Of a stretch of DNA of 64,000 bases, positions 27,193 to 40,447 are shown in pieces. A model generated the notes under the pieces. That model did no database searches, was not told the origin of the DNA, and saw nothing but the letters and a program-made list of their open reading frames with translations. Position 1 is the stretch's first letter; each line of letters opens with the position of its first letter. This DNA is from Bigelowiella natans CCMP2755 (lineage: Eukaryota; Protista; Cercozoa): NCBI GenBank assembly GCA_000320545.1, contig ADNK01000095.1:10303-74302 (forward strand), in the 5' to 3' direction. The position numbers were made by a program, and so were the translations under genes.

Positions 27193-29212
27193 ATGCCCAT
27201 TCCCCCTCCCTCCTTACTCCCAACAAGCCGACGGATTAATATGCCGACAAAGGGCCACCGTCATCGCAACCATAATAACCATGGGCACGTTTTTCCTTTT
27301 GTGGTCATCATCCTGTTAGTTCTAGGAGGAGTAGCTGTGATTACTATGATCCAACATGTGAGTAGTACAGTTATGCCGCCGATGAAGAGGACGATGGTTA
27401 CGTCGACAACGATGATGATGTCCACGATGGTGCCAAGGAGACTTTGGCCAGGGAGAAGAAGAAGAAGAACAACAAGAACCACCGTTCGTAATTATGGAAA
27501 TAGACGCTCACTGTCATTACACTATAAGCGAGTTAGACCCTCCTCGCTGCCCTTGCTTGAAGCGTCGCTGTATCGCTCGGGTAGTAGATAGTCAGTCAAT
27601 GTGCTACTACTACTATCATTAGTTTTTTGACTTTCTACATGCTTTGAGGATGAAAATAACTAATATTGCTAATATTTAATATTCTCCAAAGTTCTTGCTG
27701 ATAAGCACTTTGAGCATTTAAATTTCTTTTATATTGATTCTTGAAGCAAAATGATATTTCTTCTTCATCACGCTTATGTACCACTTCTTAGGTTTGGCCG
27801 TAGAATCGTCATTAGACTCCGCTCCCTCCGCTCCCTCCTCCTCCTCCTCCTCCTCCTCCTCCTCCTTCTCCTCCTCATCTGTATCATCATCCTTGGGATC
27901 GACTTCAGGGAAACACATCGTTGTTATTGGCGCGGTTGATGAATGACTTTGAATTTGTTACTGATAACGTGACCTCCTGCCAAATGATACTCCTCCTCAT
28001 CTTTCTCCTAAAATCATCCTAAACAATTGGCATTGTTATTATTATTATTGTTGTTATTGTTTCGTTGCAGGGAATCGTGGGATGTTCTACCGCTTATCAT
28101 TTGGCGTTACGTGGAGCCAGCGTCACTGTGATCGAAAGGAACAAGGTAGTATCATTATCATCATCATTATCGAACTAGTAATAGGCGTTAAATGATCATA
28201 ACGATATTTTGTATAGTGTTATTGAAAGATTTACTAGTAGTGTAAGTAATTAGTAGCACAGGTGTTCTACTGATAGATGAATATGCTAGACAGTGCTGCT
28301 GTCTTCTTACCTATGGTGGTAGTAGTGATAGTTGTGAAAGAAGAGATGAAATGCGTTGTTATGTATGATATGTGGTTTAAGTTAGTGATGACTTATGATT
28401 AGATTTGATTATTGATCGAAATAGAGCTGAATAGTAGTAATAGTGTAGTAGTTGTATCAAGGTAATAAATAATCCATATTATATACAAACGACGATTTTT
28501 GAGGGTTGTCTATAGGTATATTGAATATTGAAAGAGAAAGAGGAATTTTCCCTTTTTTGTTTGATATACTACCAATATCGTATATTAAGGAGAACAAATC
28601 AAACGCTACTGATGATAACAAACAAAAAGGTTGGAGCTGCAGCATCAGGGAAAGCAGGTGGATTTCTGGCACGCAATTGGGGTGACGGAGCCTCAACACA
28701 ATTCCTTCATCGACATGTAGTAGTAGTAGTAGAAGAAACAATTCCTTCATCGACATGTAGTAGTAGTAGTAGTAGTAGTAGAAGAAGAAATAGTAGTAGT
28801 AGTAGAAGAAATAGTAGTAGTAGTAGTACAAACGATGATAGAGCTACATAAAACATGTAAGTTGATTAAACGCAAATGTAGCACTGGTGATAATGACACA
28901 CAGCGATGATAATGAATGTCGTGATGATGTTAATAATCGTAACACCGTAGTACACGCTATTTTTTGGTTGGGACACGGTCAAAATAAACCTGATTGTTTA
29001 ATATATTGCTCTTTCGAAAAGGGATTTGATCTCCACAGAGAGCTTGCAACGTATGTAAAAAGATTATCAAGATACATGTCATCATATATTCAATTGATGG
29101 TCAACGATAACGATGATGATCATGATGACGATGATGATGATGACAAAGTCTTGATTCATTTCTGAATAATTTATATGGGACATTTTTATGCAATGTTAGC
29201 CACCTATTACTG

Positions 29213-29245
<33 letters not shown>

Positions 29246-29384
29246 TCTGACAACCAGTGATTCATCATCATTAATAGGAAGTTAAATTTCATATTATGCA
29301 TCATTATTAGGAAGTTAAATTTAACATCGTGGCGTCAAATTCCAACTCTTAGTATCACACGGGAGACTTGGTTATCTGATGCAC

Positions 29385-29416
<32 letters not shown>

Positions 29417-29832
29417 TAAGAAGAAGGATGAGATGAATCATAATGCCTCAAGACGTGTGTAAGAATTTCTTTTGCGAAAATGAATAAAGTCCCCCCTCCT
29501 AGTTGATGTGGTGGCACTGATACCGTGTATACAATACAACAACAAATCAATGAGAGTCTCAGTAAACAATTATAAATAAAAAGGGGATCTATTACTACTC
29601 AATAGAGGAGTAGTTAAATACACTAAAAATGGAAAACATGAAATTGCTAATGACGTTGAATAATACATAATTAAAAATCAGCAGACATATCATAATTTGT
29701 TGTTGTTCTTATTCCAAGGGGAAATGGTAAGAAAGATGGCTCCGAGGCTGCCTGGCTTGGTTCTTTTTACAACGACGAAATACGATAAATAAATTAGATA
29801 TAATAGTAGTAGTAACATCATTAAACGACGTG

Positions 29833-29866
<34 letters not shown>

Positions 29867-31740
29867 TCGTCGTTATAATCGGCGGTATTTTTGGATGATG
29901 TTCAATTGATGCAGGAGGCAACAATGATGAGTCGATTGATATCAGATTAATGGACACGGACACTGCCCAGGTTGTTGATATTGTGCTTAATTGCAAAATC
30001 AGCATTCTGAGAACATGAGTGATAGACAAATAATATATAATTATCTTATTTCTATGCGTTTCTCGTTACCCCTTTGCTTAATTATTGAGCTATATGTCGT
30101 AGTTTTTCCTTTTAATTGGTAGCAGTACTCATTCCCCATTATATCTTGTTGTTGCAGCAGCAAGAACATGATTGATCATGATGTTGTTATAGGTCACTCC
30201 TTTGGAGATAACCGAAGCCTTGATGGCAGAGGCATGTAAACATAAGACTACTACGTATCTTACTGATACAGTCACGGTTTGTAGTTGTTCCAACAAACAT
30301 AAGAATAAGACTTAAATGGAGGAGGAGAAGGAAAAGGACTATATTCCACAATTCAATGAAAATTACTCGCTACTACTTAATGATAATAATAATACTATAA
30401 ATCGGGCAGTAGTAGCTATCACCAGCAGCAGTAGTAGTAAGAGATTATAACAATAGCAATAACCTAGCAGTGCTATTTAATCTAATCATATCATCATTCG
30501 CAATAGAGATCAATCCTCAGCTATGTAATATTATGGTGATAGTAGTAATGAATCATCATACTTTTGGAAAATTTAATTATTCACTCCATTATTAGAACTA
30601 TCATTTAGTTTTAATGTAGAAATAACAATAATTTAGGGAGTGGTAATTGAGAAATGTGGTACGGAAGAAGAAAGGGATGATGATATCAAAGAAGAAGACG
30701 ATAGTGTCATCGTCACAGGTTACAATCAATAACTTATTATATAGTAACAAAAAAGGAAGGAGAAAACATTATCGTAAATTTATTTCAAATAATACCGTCA
30801 CCAAAAAAGTAGGTGTGAGAACGAAAAATAATGGAGTCATAAAAGCAGACAAGGTTCTTTTATCAGTCGTTGTTGTACCTGAATTTTGCTGGTGAGAACA
30901 GTGTTAATAGCGAATATTTTATTATAATATATGTCCTAATAGCATAACATGGAGTGGTAAATATCTGTACACACAGCTGCTGAACCATATATACAATAAA
31001 GGTCATCATCATCACCATCACCATCATCGCCATCACTATCGTTTATCAAAGGTTGTAGTAGCAATGGGCCCTTGGTCTACGAAAGTGCAGGATTGGCTCG
31101 GTGTTCGACTTCCTATGACAGGTATTAGCGAGGTACTTAGCTGCTGCTGCTGCTACTTGCTGCTTTATGAAATAAAAATATTAATAATAATAAACCAAGT
31201 AACGAGATTGTGGAAAAAGGGAGGAGGAGGAGGAAGAAGATACCTGTTATTTTCGGATCATTCCAATGTCTGTACTATGTGTATCACCTTCCTCAAAGAG
31301 ACAAAATTCCAAGATCTTAATTATTCTGATTTTCATAATTTGTATCATTTTACTGCATAGTAGTATTATACGCAAAGATGAAATCTTTGACCTATTTTGA
31401 AACGAAGGCCATCATCATCATTTACCATCTTTTGAATCATTATGATTACCAAAATAGTTGTGTTGAGTTGATTTCCCCCCCCCCTACCTACTTAATAACC
31501 AGGAATCTACAGTTCTTCGTTTGTATACACTGCGAACCAAAATCCAGATATTGGAGAATCTGTAATAGTTATTTAATGAATTGCATTAACACCGAACATC
31601 TTGCAACAATTTACAGATTTAAAAAGTGCAATAAATTTATTAAAAAGTAGTTGCCCTGCGAGAAGGACAACAATAAATTTTTACGTATACAGAAATTTTA
31701 ATTTAAGAAATGACATATATTCCTTGTCTAATCTATTCAT

Positions 31741-31778
<38 letters not shown>

Positions 31779-33286
31779 GCAAACAGAAATATTGATGTTA
31801 AGGTACGGCGAGAGCCTAGAGCTTTATTTTGCTCCGAAGATAGCTTTGGGAGCCATTTGGAGGTCTATCCAAGGAGTAATGGCGACGTGTACGTGTGTGG
31901 GTAAGTATGCACAAATAGAAGGACCCAGAAACAAATAAAAAAACAAAACGAAAAACGCAATCGGAATTTATAATCATTTTAATATCAAGATTCCTCTTCA
32001 AAATGATAATTTGTATTATACTAACAAGGACTACTATGGATACTCTACTACGTTCAAGTTCCACTTACTAAGATTTTCTTTTGAATGCTAACTCATCGAT
32101 TACTCTTTGAAAAAACAACGACAAGTAACTGGATCTTCGTTCGACTTAAAAGGTGTGGTGGGTCAAGATACATCTCTGAGGAAGATCTTCGAAAGGAGGA
32201 TATGCTCAAACCAGGAGAGGTAGTACGGAATGATCGATAGATTAAGGTTATTCTTAATGCAATTTTAAAAAACTAGTGGGGAATAATTGAAGTGAACAAA
32301 GAGTGATAATTTATGGCAGCAGCAGCAGCAGGAACACTTTTAAGATGATTTTTATTCATGTTAGTAGGGTATGTTAATTGATTACCACATAGAAGGAACC
32401 GTACAAAAGATGATCCCTCGCTCTCTTTATTTTTTTCAATTGTAAATCGTAGGAAAAGGCTGATATGAATCGTATATCGATGGCGGACAAGAGTTTCAAA
32501 ATGCTAGCTCCTAAGATTGCAATGGTGGTGGTTTAGTGGAGTAGTAGTAGTAGTATGCTTAATCATCAGTTGTTGCTGTACAATTTTGCTACTACTACAA
32601 TTTATAGGTGTACAATTAGTTAATCTACTGTAATAGAAGAAATTACTTTTTCGTCGTCATTGTCGTCGTCGTCATTGTCGTCGTCGTCGTAGTCGTGTCG
32701 TCTCATTGCACGTTATCGCATAACAGGACCGCAATCCAGATGTGATACAAGCGTGCATGAGACCCTGTCCTCCTGATGCGTTGCCACTTATTGGAAAGCT
32801 CCCAGTACATAATTAGAGTTTTGCTCATGGTTTCTTATTATTCAAATGAACTGAGAATCAATTAATTGTGTTTGTTGTAATAACAAATTTGTGCATTTAT
32901 TCTTCTTCTCATCTTTTCCTTCTTGTTCCATTATTTTTACAACTTTCAGTACATACATATCATCCTGTGTAAAGAACAACAAGAACAAAATTTACAGATA
33001 TCTCATCGTTGAAATGTATATATGAATCCTGAGTTGAATATTGTTGTTGCATTGATAATTGAATTATTCGCCCCGAACTATAGGAAATTACAATTTTTAT
33101 CGTTCAACCAGTTCTGCTCACACTTCAGAATTTTCCTTTCTCGTCGTCATCGTAGTCCTTGTAAATCCTTGATAATACTATTGCTGCTGCTGTGTTATAC
33201 TTAGGCTTGTGAAAACATATATATTGCAGCTGGTCATAATTGCTGGGGAATCTTATGGGGACCAGTAAGATGATCATAGTGTAGAT

Positions 33287-33322
<36 letters not shown>

Positions 33323-33615
33323 ACAGAAAATTGGTAGAAGTGAGGATGACAAACTACTGCACTATTATTATCAGAAAATGATATCATACGTTATTATTAC
33401 ATCTTCCTTCATACCAAATATTCAAAATCTTTATGTTGGAGTTCCTATGTAATATTAAGCATATAGTCCAATGATGGTTATGAAATAATAAGGTTACGGG
33501 GAAGATAATGAGTGAATTGATACTGGATGGAGAAACTTCAATAAATCTTCAAGCGTTTGACCCTGCCCGTTTTGGTGGAAGAGAGACTGTCAAAACAAAA
33601 GGTGTGCGCAGATGA
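27193..33615 (+). CDS. FAD-dependent oxidoreductase, DAO/glycine-oxidase superfamily (yeast Tda3-like); about 20 exons; N-terminal hydrophobic targeting-like extension
   Basis: Spliced: KHIVVIGA|GIVGCSTAYHLALRGASVTVIERNK|VGAAASGKAGGFLARNWGDG, TAQ|VTPLEITEALM, VVVAMGPWS, HLEVYPRSNGDVYVCG, QACMRPCPPDALPLIGKLP, IYIAAGHNCWGILWGP|VTGKIMSELILDG..FDPARF; stop 33613-33615. Confidence 0.9.
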
Positions 33616-34820
33616 TTTCATCGGGAAAATGCTGCCTGAAATAGACACTAGATCATTGCTTCAGTTTTATCTTCTATATTAGCTTATTCTATACTATCAT
33701 TACCAAACGAAATTTTTATAATATTTTATTTATATGATGCAGCCAAACGTGGACGGCACCAAGGAGGGAAATCTGTAGGAGAGCAGTGGTAATGATGACG
33801 ATCGACATACCAGACATCAATTATTGTAATAAACGCAAGTAGTACGTGGCAAATGAGTGTAGTCAGCTTGAGCATCAACGTACTTAGAAGGTGCCTAGTT
33901 TCATTATCTACATATAAAAAGTCGTCTCGAAACTGGAATTGACAATTTTTCACAAGCTGTGTCTAGCGCCGGGCGCCACCGTTCTTTGCACCCCTGTGAC
34001 AATTGACGTCATGGATTGCATCAATCAGTTGCACATCGCGTGTAGTCGTCAGCGTAGCCATCGATCACGCAGCCACCGTAGCAAGTGTACGTGCGTGTTT
34101 ATTTGATGCGTGTACGATACATGTAGCATGCATGTGCTTGTTGTTTGCGATTAGCAGCATCGCATGTAATCATTGTACGTACGTCGGCTCTATCTGTGGA
34201 AATTCATGTGATGATTGATGTGATGTACATGTGCATATGCATGTGCATTGTATACATGCATGTTGCATGGCTACATTAGGATGACAATTTTAAAGTAAGA
34301 TTTGCACATTTTGATTATTATATATCCGTCTCACATGTATGAAGCACCGTATTTTCTTATTGACAACATGTGTAATGAGATGTGCACTACATATATATAC
34401 TTGATTCTTGTAACTGCAAACGGCAATATAAACGGTACAATTGTCGGTAACAGGTGCGCGTACGCGCGCGTATGCATTCTGCGGCATGGGAAAAATAAAT
34501 AGTGCTTTTTACGCAATCGATCATGCGGCCCCTGTCCGAGCCGACGTACATCCGATGATGTATGTACGATGCAATATCATCATGCACATGTAGGTACGCA
34601 CTGAGACTGTATGAATGCTGATATTTGCACGCACTCTGACTAGTATAAAGCGGTACTCATTATTCATAATAAATATGCGTCATCGATGGCCATGTGCGTT
34701 GCCACGCTAATATCCTAGCTCCAAGCGATCGAATCACAATAATCACATAAGGTGAACATCACATGAATCGAAAGCATTGACGTTTCTTATTCGACATGAC
34801 ATATAGAAGAATTTGCAGCA

Positions 34821-37102
34821 TCACAAATAATCATGGAAAGGAGAATTCGGTGGGTTTCCTTCTGCAGGATGAAAGTTCCTATGGATATTGATCTTCTCCC
34901 ACTCATATCTCGTACCTGATCAACAGAAAAACACGAATTAATTGAATTCTTATGGTCTCCTTAATCTAAACAACTGTATAATATGATACCAATTAAGCCT
35001 GTTCCTCCAGGAATGTGTGTTTGATCCTGCACATTCTGCTCAATGCGCGCCACACCCTTACTTGTTCCGCAAATGTTCGATTGCTCGATCTAAATATGGC
35101 ATTCCGTCTCATGTTAGCATAGAACTGATTGTGATCTTAATTGATCATATTTTTGGGTATGCAAAGAGTATACGATGCGGATGAATCATCCTTACCAGAC
35201 AGATATGCACGACGTAAAAATTGTCAATAGAATATCCTGGATCAACGTGCACACGGTCCCAGCGAAATGTGCCACCATTTATGCCACTGTTTATGACCTA
35301 AAATGTGAGCAAAACGTTTTATTCTACTATTTACTATTGTATCGAGATAGACGAAAATAATAAGGCCAATAATAATAGGTATAGTAGTCCAACTCCCCTC
35401 TCCCCTTCTCGATAATTAGATAGTTGTCAACAACTCAACCGACCGGATGATTCGCGACAATCGTTTTCACATAGTGCCTAGGATGATAATGATCGCGGTA
35501 CAACTCGATCTTGACGTGAAATGAGCTTGGTACATTTTCAACGTGCCAACTGATAATTATCATTATATTAAATACAATAATCAGTGGCGAGAACAGCAAC
35601 TACTTCTTGGTCTACGAATATGATCCTAGAGAAAGTACAACATCCATACAATACGTTTTTACTTAGTTAGTCGTCGTAACAACATCCACACAATACGCAT
35701 TTATTCAGTTAGTATCAACTTGAGAACGATGCTTCTATTAATAGTCCACTTTTCAACACTTGTAGGAGTATCGACGAATACCTTATGAATCGAGAAATCA
35801 TAACATTGAGCTCAAGTTCATAAACACTTACATATGAATCTTCTTAAGTGCATCATAAGACGATATTGAGGCTAGGATTTTGAAGACAAATGGATGAATT
35901 ATTCAAACTGTATCGCTTTATTCTCCGTAATAATTCAAAAAGCAAGTCGTGCTACTATGCAGTGTATATGTAGTACCAAAGGACCGTATCCCGTAACGTT
36001 ACTCTTAGGCAATTTCGACCAAACAACTGAGGAGAAAATGTAGCTTTCAGTCGCCCTATCAATGGAAATTGTCGACTAGGACTGAGCAAAGAATCTTCAT
36101 GTTTACCTTTGCCTGCATTTGTAACGGTTTGTGTCCAAAAGTGACCATCTACGTCAGGCTCGTGGTATACAGGGGATGGGATGAAAGTCTGTGATCATAG
36201 GAAAAAGAAGGCATAGTTGCATTAATAGCTTCAGAAGGACGAGTAATTAACAGAATACATAATTACACTAACAGATTTCAGGAGGAGTAATTAACAGAAG
36301 ACGATACATAGAAAGCATATCGAGTTTTTGCACAAAGTTTCAATTTTCTGTTTCAAATTTCTTAACACCAAAAACAGAGATGGCATTGAAGAACCGATCG
36401 ATGTAATATGACAATAGTGTGTGCTAAGCATTTGGTAGCTACTACTACTCACAGGGGAGGCGGAGGGTGCGGCAGTGGTGGGTCCAATCGTGTTAGGTGT
36501 CTCCGTTGGATTTGAGGTCGTTGGTGAATCAGATGGCTGAAGAGTGGGAATGCCTAAAAGATGATAACAAACAATTGAGAAGCAGAAAGCTCGACGATAA
36601 TCATCTCCGAAGTTACTATCAACTCTCTGTTCAAGTATGAAAGGAGAATTAAGTACCTGTTGTTGGTCCACAAGTGGAAGGGCTGCAAGTTGTTGGAGAA
36701 TTGGTGGGATTCTTGGTAGTTGGATTACGGGTTGGAGTTAAAGTATGGGTTGGGGCCGCCGTTTGAGTAGGAGCGATTGTGACTGGTGTATGTGCTGAAA
36801 TATGTATTGTATGAGTGTAAAAATAATAAACAATAATCAATTTTGGAATTCTTTATCTAAAAACAAGGTTGACGGTATACGATAGATAATAATTCGTTAA
36901 TAATTCGTTGAGTGGTCTAACTTGGCACTCTTGTATACGTAGGATGGGAAGTAGCTTGAGCGACTGTAGGTGAAGCAGAGCCCACAGGAGGAGCGCCAGC
37001 TGTCGGTGATTGTGAAGGTGCTGTTGTAGTACTAGAGGCCATCAAAAAGGCTTGTACAATGCTAATTAGCCGTATATCCATCGTAGTAAATTTGCCCATC
37101 AT
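34821..37102 (-). CDS. Pro/Thr/Ser-repeat (mucin-like) protein with C-terminal beta-rich domain(s); multi-exon, probably extracellular
   Basis: Exons with TAPSQSPT, APTQTAAPTHTLTPTRNPTTKNPTNSPTT, PTLQPSDSPTTSNPTETPNT repeats, followed by WHVENVPSSFHVKIELYRD..YVKTIVANHP and VINSGINGGTFRW (reminiscent of Kre9/GPI-anchored Ig-like modules; inference). 3' end approximate. Confidence 0.6.
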
Positions 37103-37340
37103 GACGGATGGGGCAATAAACGTGGTGTGCGGCTAGGCAGCTGTAGGGTGGGGAGGGAGAAATGGTTTCCAGTTTCCGAGTTCTGTGCCAATAAAAGAAC
37201 ATAAATGCGACAACAAATTATTATTGACGCTACTTGTAATTCTCAAGATTTATCCTGATATTCTGATTGTATGCCGTTTGTAACGTCGAAGTCCAAGTTT
37301 CAGGAGGGCGAAAAATTAAATAAAAAGAAAAAGAAGATTC

Positions 37341-37422
37341 TAACCACGGAGAGGTTCGAACTCTCGCCTCCGAAGAGACACGAACCTGAATCGTGCGCCT
37401 TAGACCACTCGGCCACGTGGTC
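37341..37422 (-). tRNA. tRNA-Leu(CAG), intronless, long variable arm
   Basis: GACCACG TGGCCGAGTGGTCTAAGGCG CACGA TTCAGGT TCGTG TCTCTTCGGAGGC GAGAG TTCGAAC CTCTC CGTGGTT A: 7-bp acceptor stem, A box, 7-nt loop with CAG, variable hairpin, B box, discriminator A, and downstream T-runs (Pol III terminator). Confidence 0.96.
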
Positions 37423-37706
37423 AAAAGTGTGTTTATAATTTAAAAAGGTGAAATATTGTAACTTATTATTTGATATATTTATTGTCGTAATGGTTACTAC
37501 CTTGATTGTTGTTGCCATAGTTGTTGCCAGCCAACTGTGAAGTCGATCATAATAGGGTCCCTAATATACCATAATTCATCTGATAAGAACATCTCCTTCA
37601 CGAGGAGGAAGGAGGAAGAGGAGGAGGAAAAGGAGCTGCTTGCCCACAGCCTACAACAAGGAAAGAAAAGGAGAACTGGAACGGGAGCCTCTTCTACAGT
37701 GTCCCC

Positions 37707-37820
37707 ATGTTTGTTCGTTGCGGCGTTGTCATCGTTGGGTTAATGGGATTCGCAAAGCTCTTGCATTCACAGCGGCGGCGTACGTCAGAAGGTTCTCAGG
37801 TTAGACCTACTATTATCGTG

Positions 37821-37860
<40 letters not shown>

Positions 37861-38428
37861 GGGACTGAAGATTAAGGAATTTTGTAATTAAAGGGAACGA
37901 AAGTAAAGGAAAGTTTGGTTGTAGTGGTAGGATCTACAAATCCCTGCAAGGTAGTAGTAATGGGTAGAGGCTGCTGGTAACATGGCTGCGTGTAGTGATT
38001 TAGCAGCAGCAACAACAACAACAACAGCAATAGTTCCTAGTAGTATTACCAGCATGTACTAGCAATAAGATAGTACTATCGTAAGTAATACCAGTGACCA
38101 TAAAGGAGCTTTAAACAGTCTGGGGGTACAGTTGATTTTGTAGTTAGGTTGGGAGGTCGTATCCACGCTTTTCGCCATTTTAAACGATTTAATGGGGTCA
38201 CGTAACTTTGAACGACAGGATTTCTTAGCTTTGTCATATCTTCTTAATCATTGCACCCAGATAAAAGCATGCGAACGAGCATTTAAAGCATGTTTCCCCT
38301 CGGTAAATGCTATCCGTTTGATACCTGTTAAAGCTAAAAGTGGTGTCAGCGATCAGGTGCTTTAATTTATCTGTTCTTCATACTAACTAATCTTGATGCC
38401 AAGATGTATAAATTATAATGGGGACAGC

Positions 38429-38467
<39 letters not shown>

Positions 38468-39399
38468 CATATATAATATCAGTTTCTAAGTTAAGAGAAG
38501 ATAGACTATGTGACCGAAAATTCAGAGTTCAGTATTTGAACACTTCTCTCTCAGCCGATGACAGATGAGGAGACTCTCAAAGGGGCCAAAAATCGGGTGC
38601 GTCATTTCCCCCTCATTATTCAAGAGAGTCAAGCAATTTAATTAAGACTTCAGTCATTGACGAAAAGGATCTAATATTAAGACATTCTACTCATTCATCT
38701 TTGCTGAAAACTAGAGGCATCGTGGTTGAATATTCTAATTCTCATTATTCTTCTATATGTTAGGCAAAAAACGCTCTGCAAGCTATAAGAAGTATTAATA
38801 TTTCAAAATACTAACACGGAATAGTTCACAGAGTTACAAACAAAGACTGGCCAGCTTTCGCAATTTAACGCACAGAATGACAATTACAGAGGAAACGAAG
38901 GAAGACAGCTTAATTGATTTCAGCGTTGGTCTGGAGGGAGGACTGAATCTAGGGTACTATGAAGTTATTAGTAGTAGCACCTTTGAGATCGATCTATATG
39001 GACCATAACAACATTACTGCTTCCACCGATGATGGTGATGATGATGATGATGAGGATGAGGATGATGATGATGATGATAATAATGATGGTGGTGATGGTG
39101 GTGGTGTCCTTCAAAACTAGAAGAAGAAGAAGAAGAAGAAGAAGAAGAAGAAGAAGAGGGGGGTGGGCATGGGTCGTGCTCAACTCATCATCTCTTCCTC
39201 TCCTTCTCTGTAGTGAAGATGGTGATAGTCTTGTGTGTCATGCTTGGATGTGCGTCTTGTGCGCAAAAACAGGCAAGGTAATGAATGCTGCTACGATATC
39301 ATCGTGTGAGTAGTGAGCTTGTCTCTTCGTGTCTTATTCTTCTTTTGCATGCAGCACTCACACAGGTGGTGGATGGGGGCTGAACGCAAAGAGATGGAG

Positions 39400-39441
<42 letters not shown>

Positions 39442-39509
39442 TAACGGCTAATGCATACCTTGTTCTATATCCTATGATTAATCTTCATCTCAAACAAAGA
39501 AATGATTTG

Positions 39510-39550
<41 letters not shown>

Positions 39551-40447
39551 GTGGTACGCATTCACGTCATAATGCAGGCAAGCGTTGCGCGTACAGCATC
39601 CTTCATGATTCCCCCACAGGTGAGGAGGAGGAGGAAATAATTTATATTGAGGGGGGGAAATTCTTTCCGTACAATTGAAATAAATTTTTGTTCAAGATAA
39701 AAGTGGGTAGCAGCTACAAAGTTTTCGGGAAGGGAGAAGCTAACAGAATGATGATGATGATGGGTCTCCACCTTGGGAAAAGACTGTAGTAGATACTATG
39801 ATACACAAGCAGTGAATGTGTGCAGCATGCACATCTTCGAAGGTGTATCATGGCAATGGTAATGATGGATATTATTAGGTTACAGACCTGATAAGAAACA
39901 AGAACATGGAATTAGGTAATAGTGGTGGTAGTTGTAGTAGTAGCATTTATTCCCCTACGTCTCACCTATGCGATGTTCATCGGGTTGACGTTGATCGAGG
40001 ATAATGATAATGATGAGGATGATAGTGATACATGATGATTTGGTGTTTTACAAAAGGTGAGGCAGATGATGTTGTATTTAAAAGAACAAACTCTGGACAG
40101 GGAAGTGGCACGGTAGTTGTAGTTTTTTTTAGGGTGAGGGAGAGCGCATTTTTTGTTGATGTTAGGGAACGCCACTAGTGGTTTCATTCTAGTACGATGG
40201 TAAATCTTTGCACATTTAAATCTACCCTCGACCCTATTTTTTCTCGTTTCTTAATACGTAGCATGATTTGTCCTCAAATACTTTATCGTTTCTTAATACG
40301 TAGTCTGATTTGTCCTCAAATACTTGATGTATTTCTTTTCTTCATCAGGTTGGAATTCTTACTCACAACCTGATAGACAGATGCGAATACTATCGACATG
40401 CACTCATAATGGCTCTGATTCCGTACATAAATCTAGATCTTTATTGA
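37707..40447 (+). CDS. yjjX: Non-canonical purine NTP phosphatase (inosine/xanthosine triphosphatase, YjjX / NTPase_I-T family); about 11 exons
   Basis: Spliced: VVVVGSTNPCK|IKACERAF..KSGVSDQ|PMTDEETLKGAKNR|AKNAL..DFSVGLEGG..CHAWMCVL..ARTASFMIPPQ|VTDLIRNKNMELG|EADDVVFKRTNSGQGSGT|VGILTHNLIDRCEYYRHALIMALIPYINLDLY*; the putative first exon is MFVRCGVVIVGLMG... Confidence 0.88.

Noticed and set aside
37341-37422. tRNA-Sec or opal suppressor (TTCA in the loop, long variable arm)
   Set aside because: The 5-bp stem CACGA/TCGTG frames the loop TTCAGGT, so the anticodon is CAG; the 7-bp acceptor stem and discriminator A fit Leu.
12480-39313. Numerous poly-amino-acid ORFs in the ORF track (poly-M/I/Y/V/C, YIYI, CVCV)
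   Set aside because: They are translations of intronic microsatellites.
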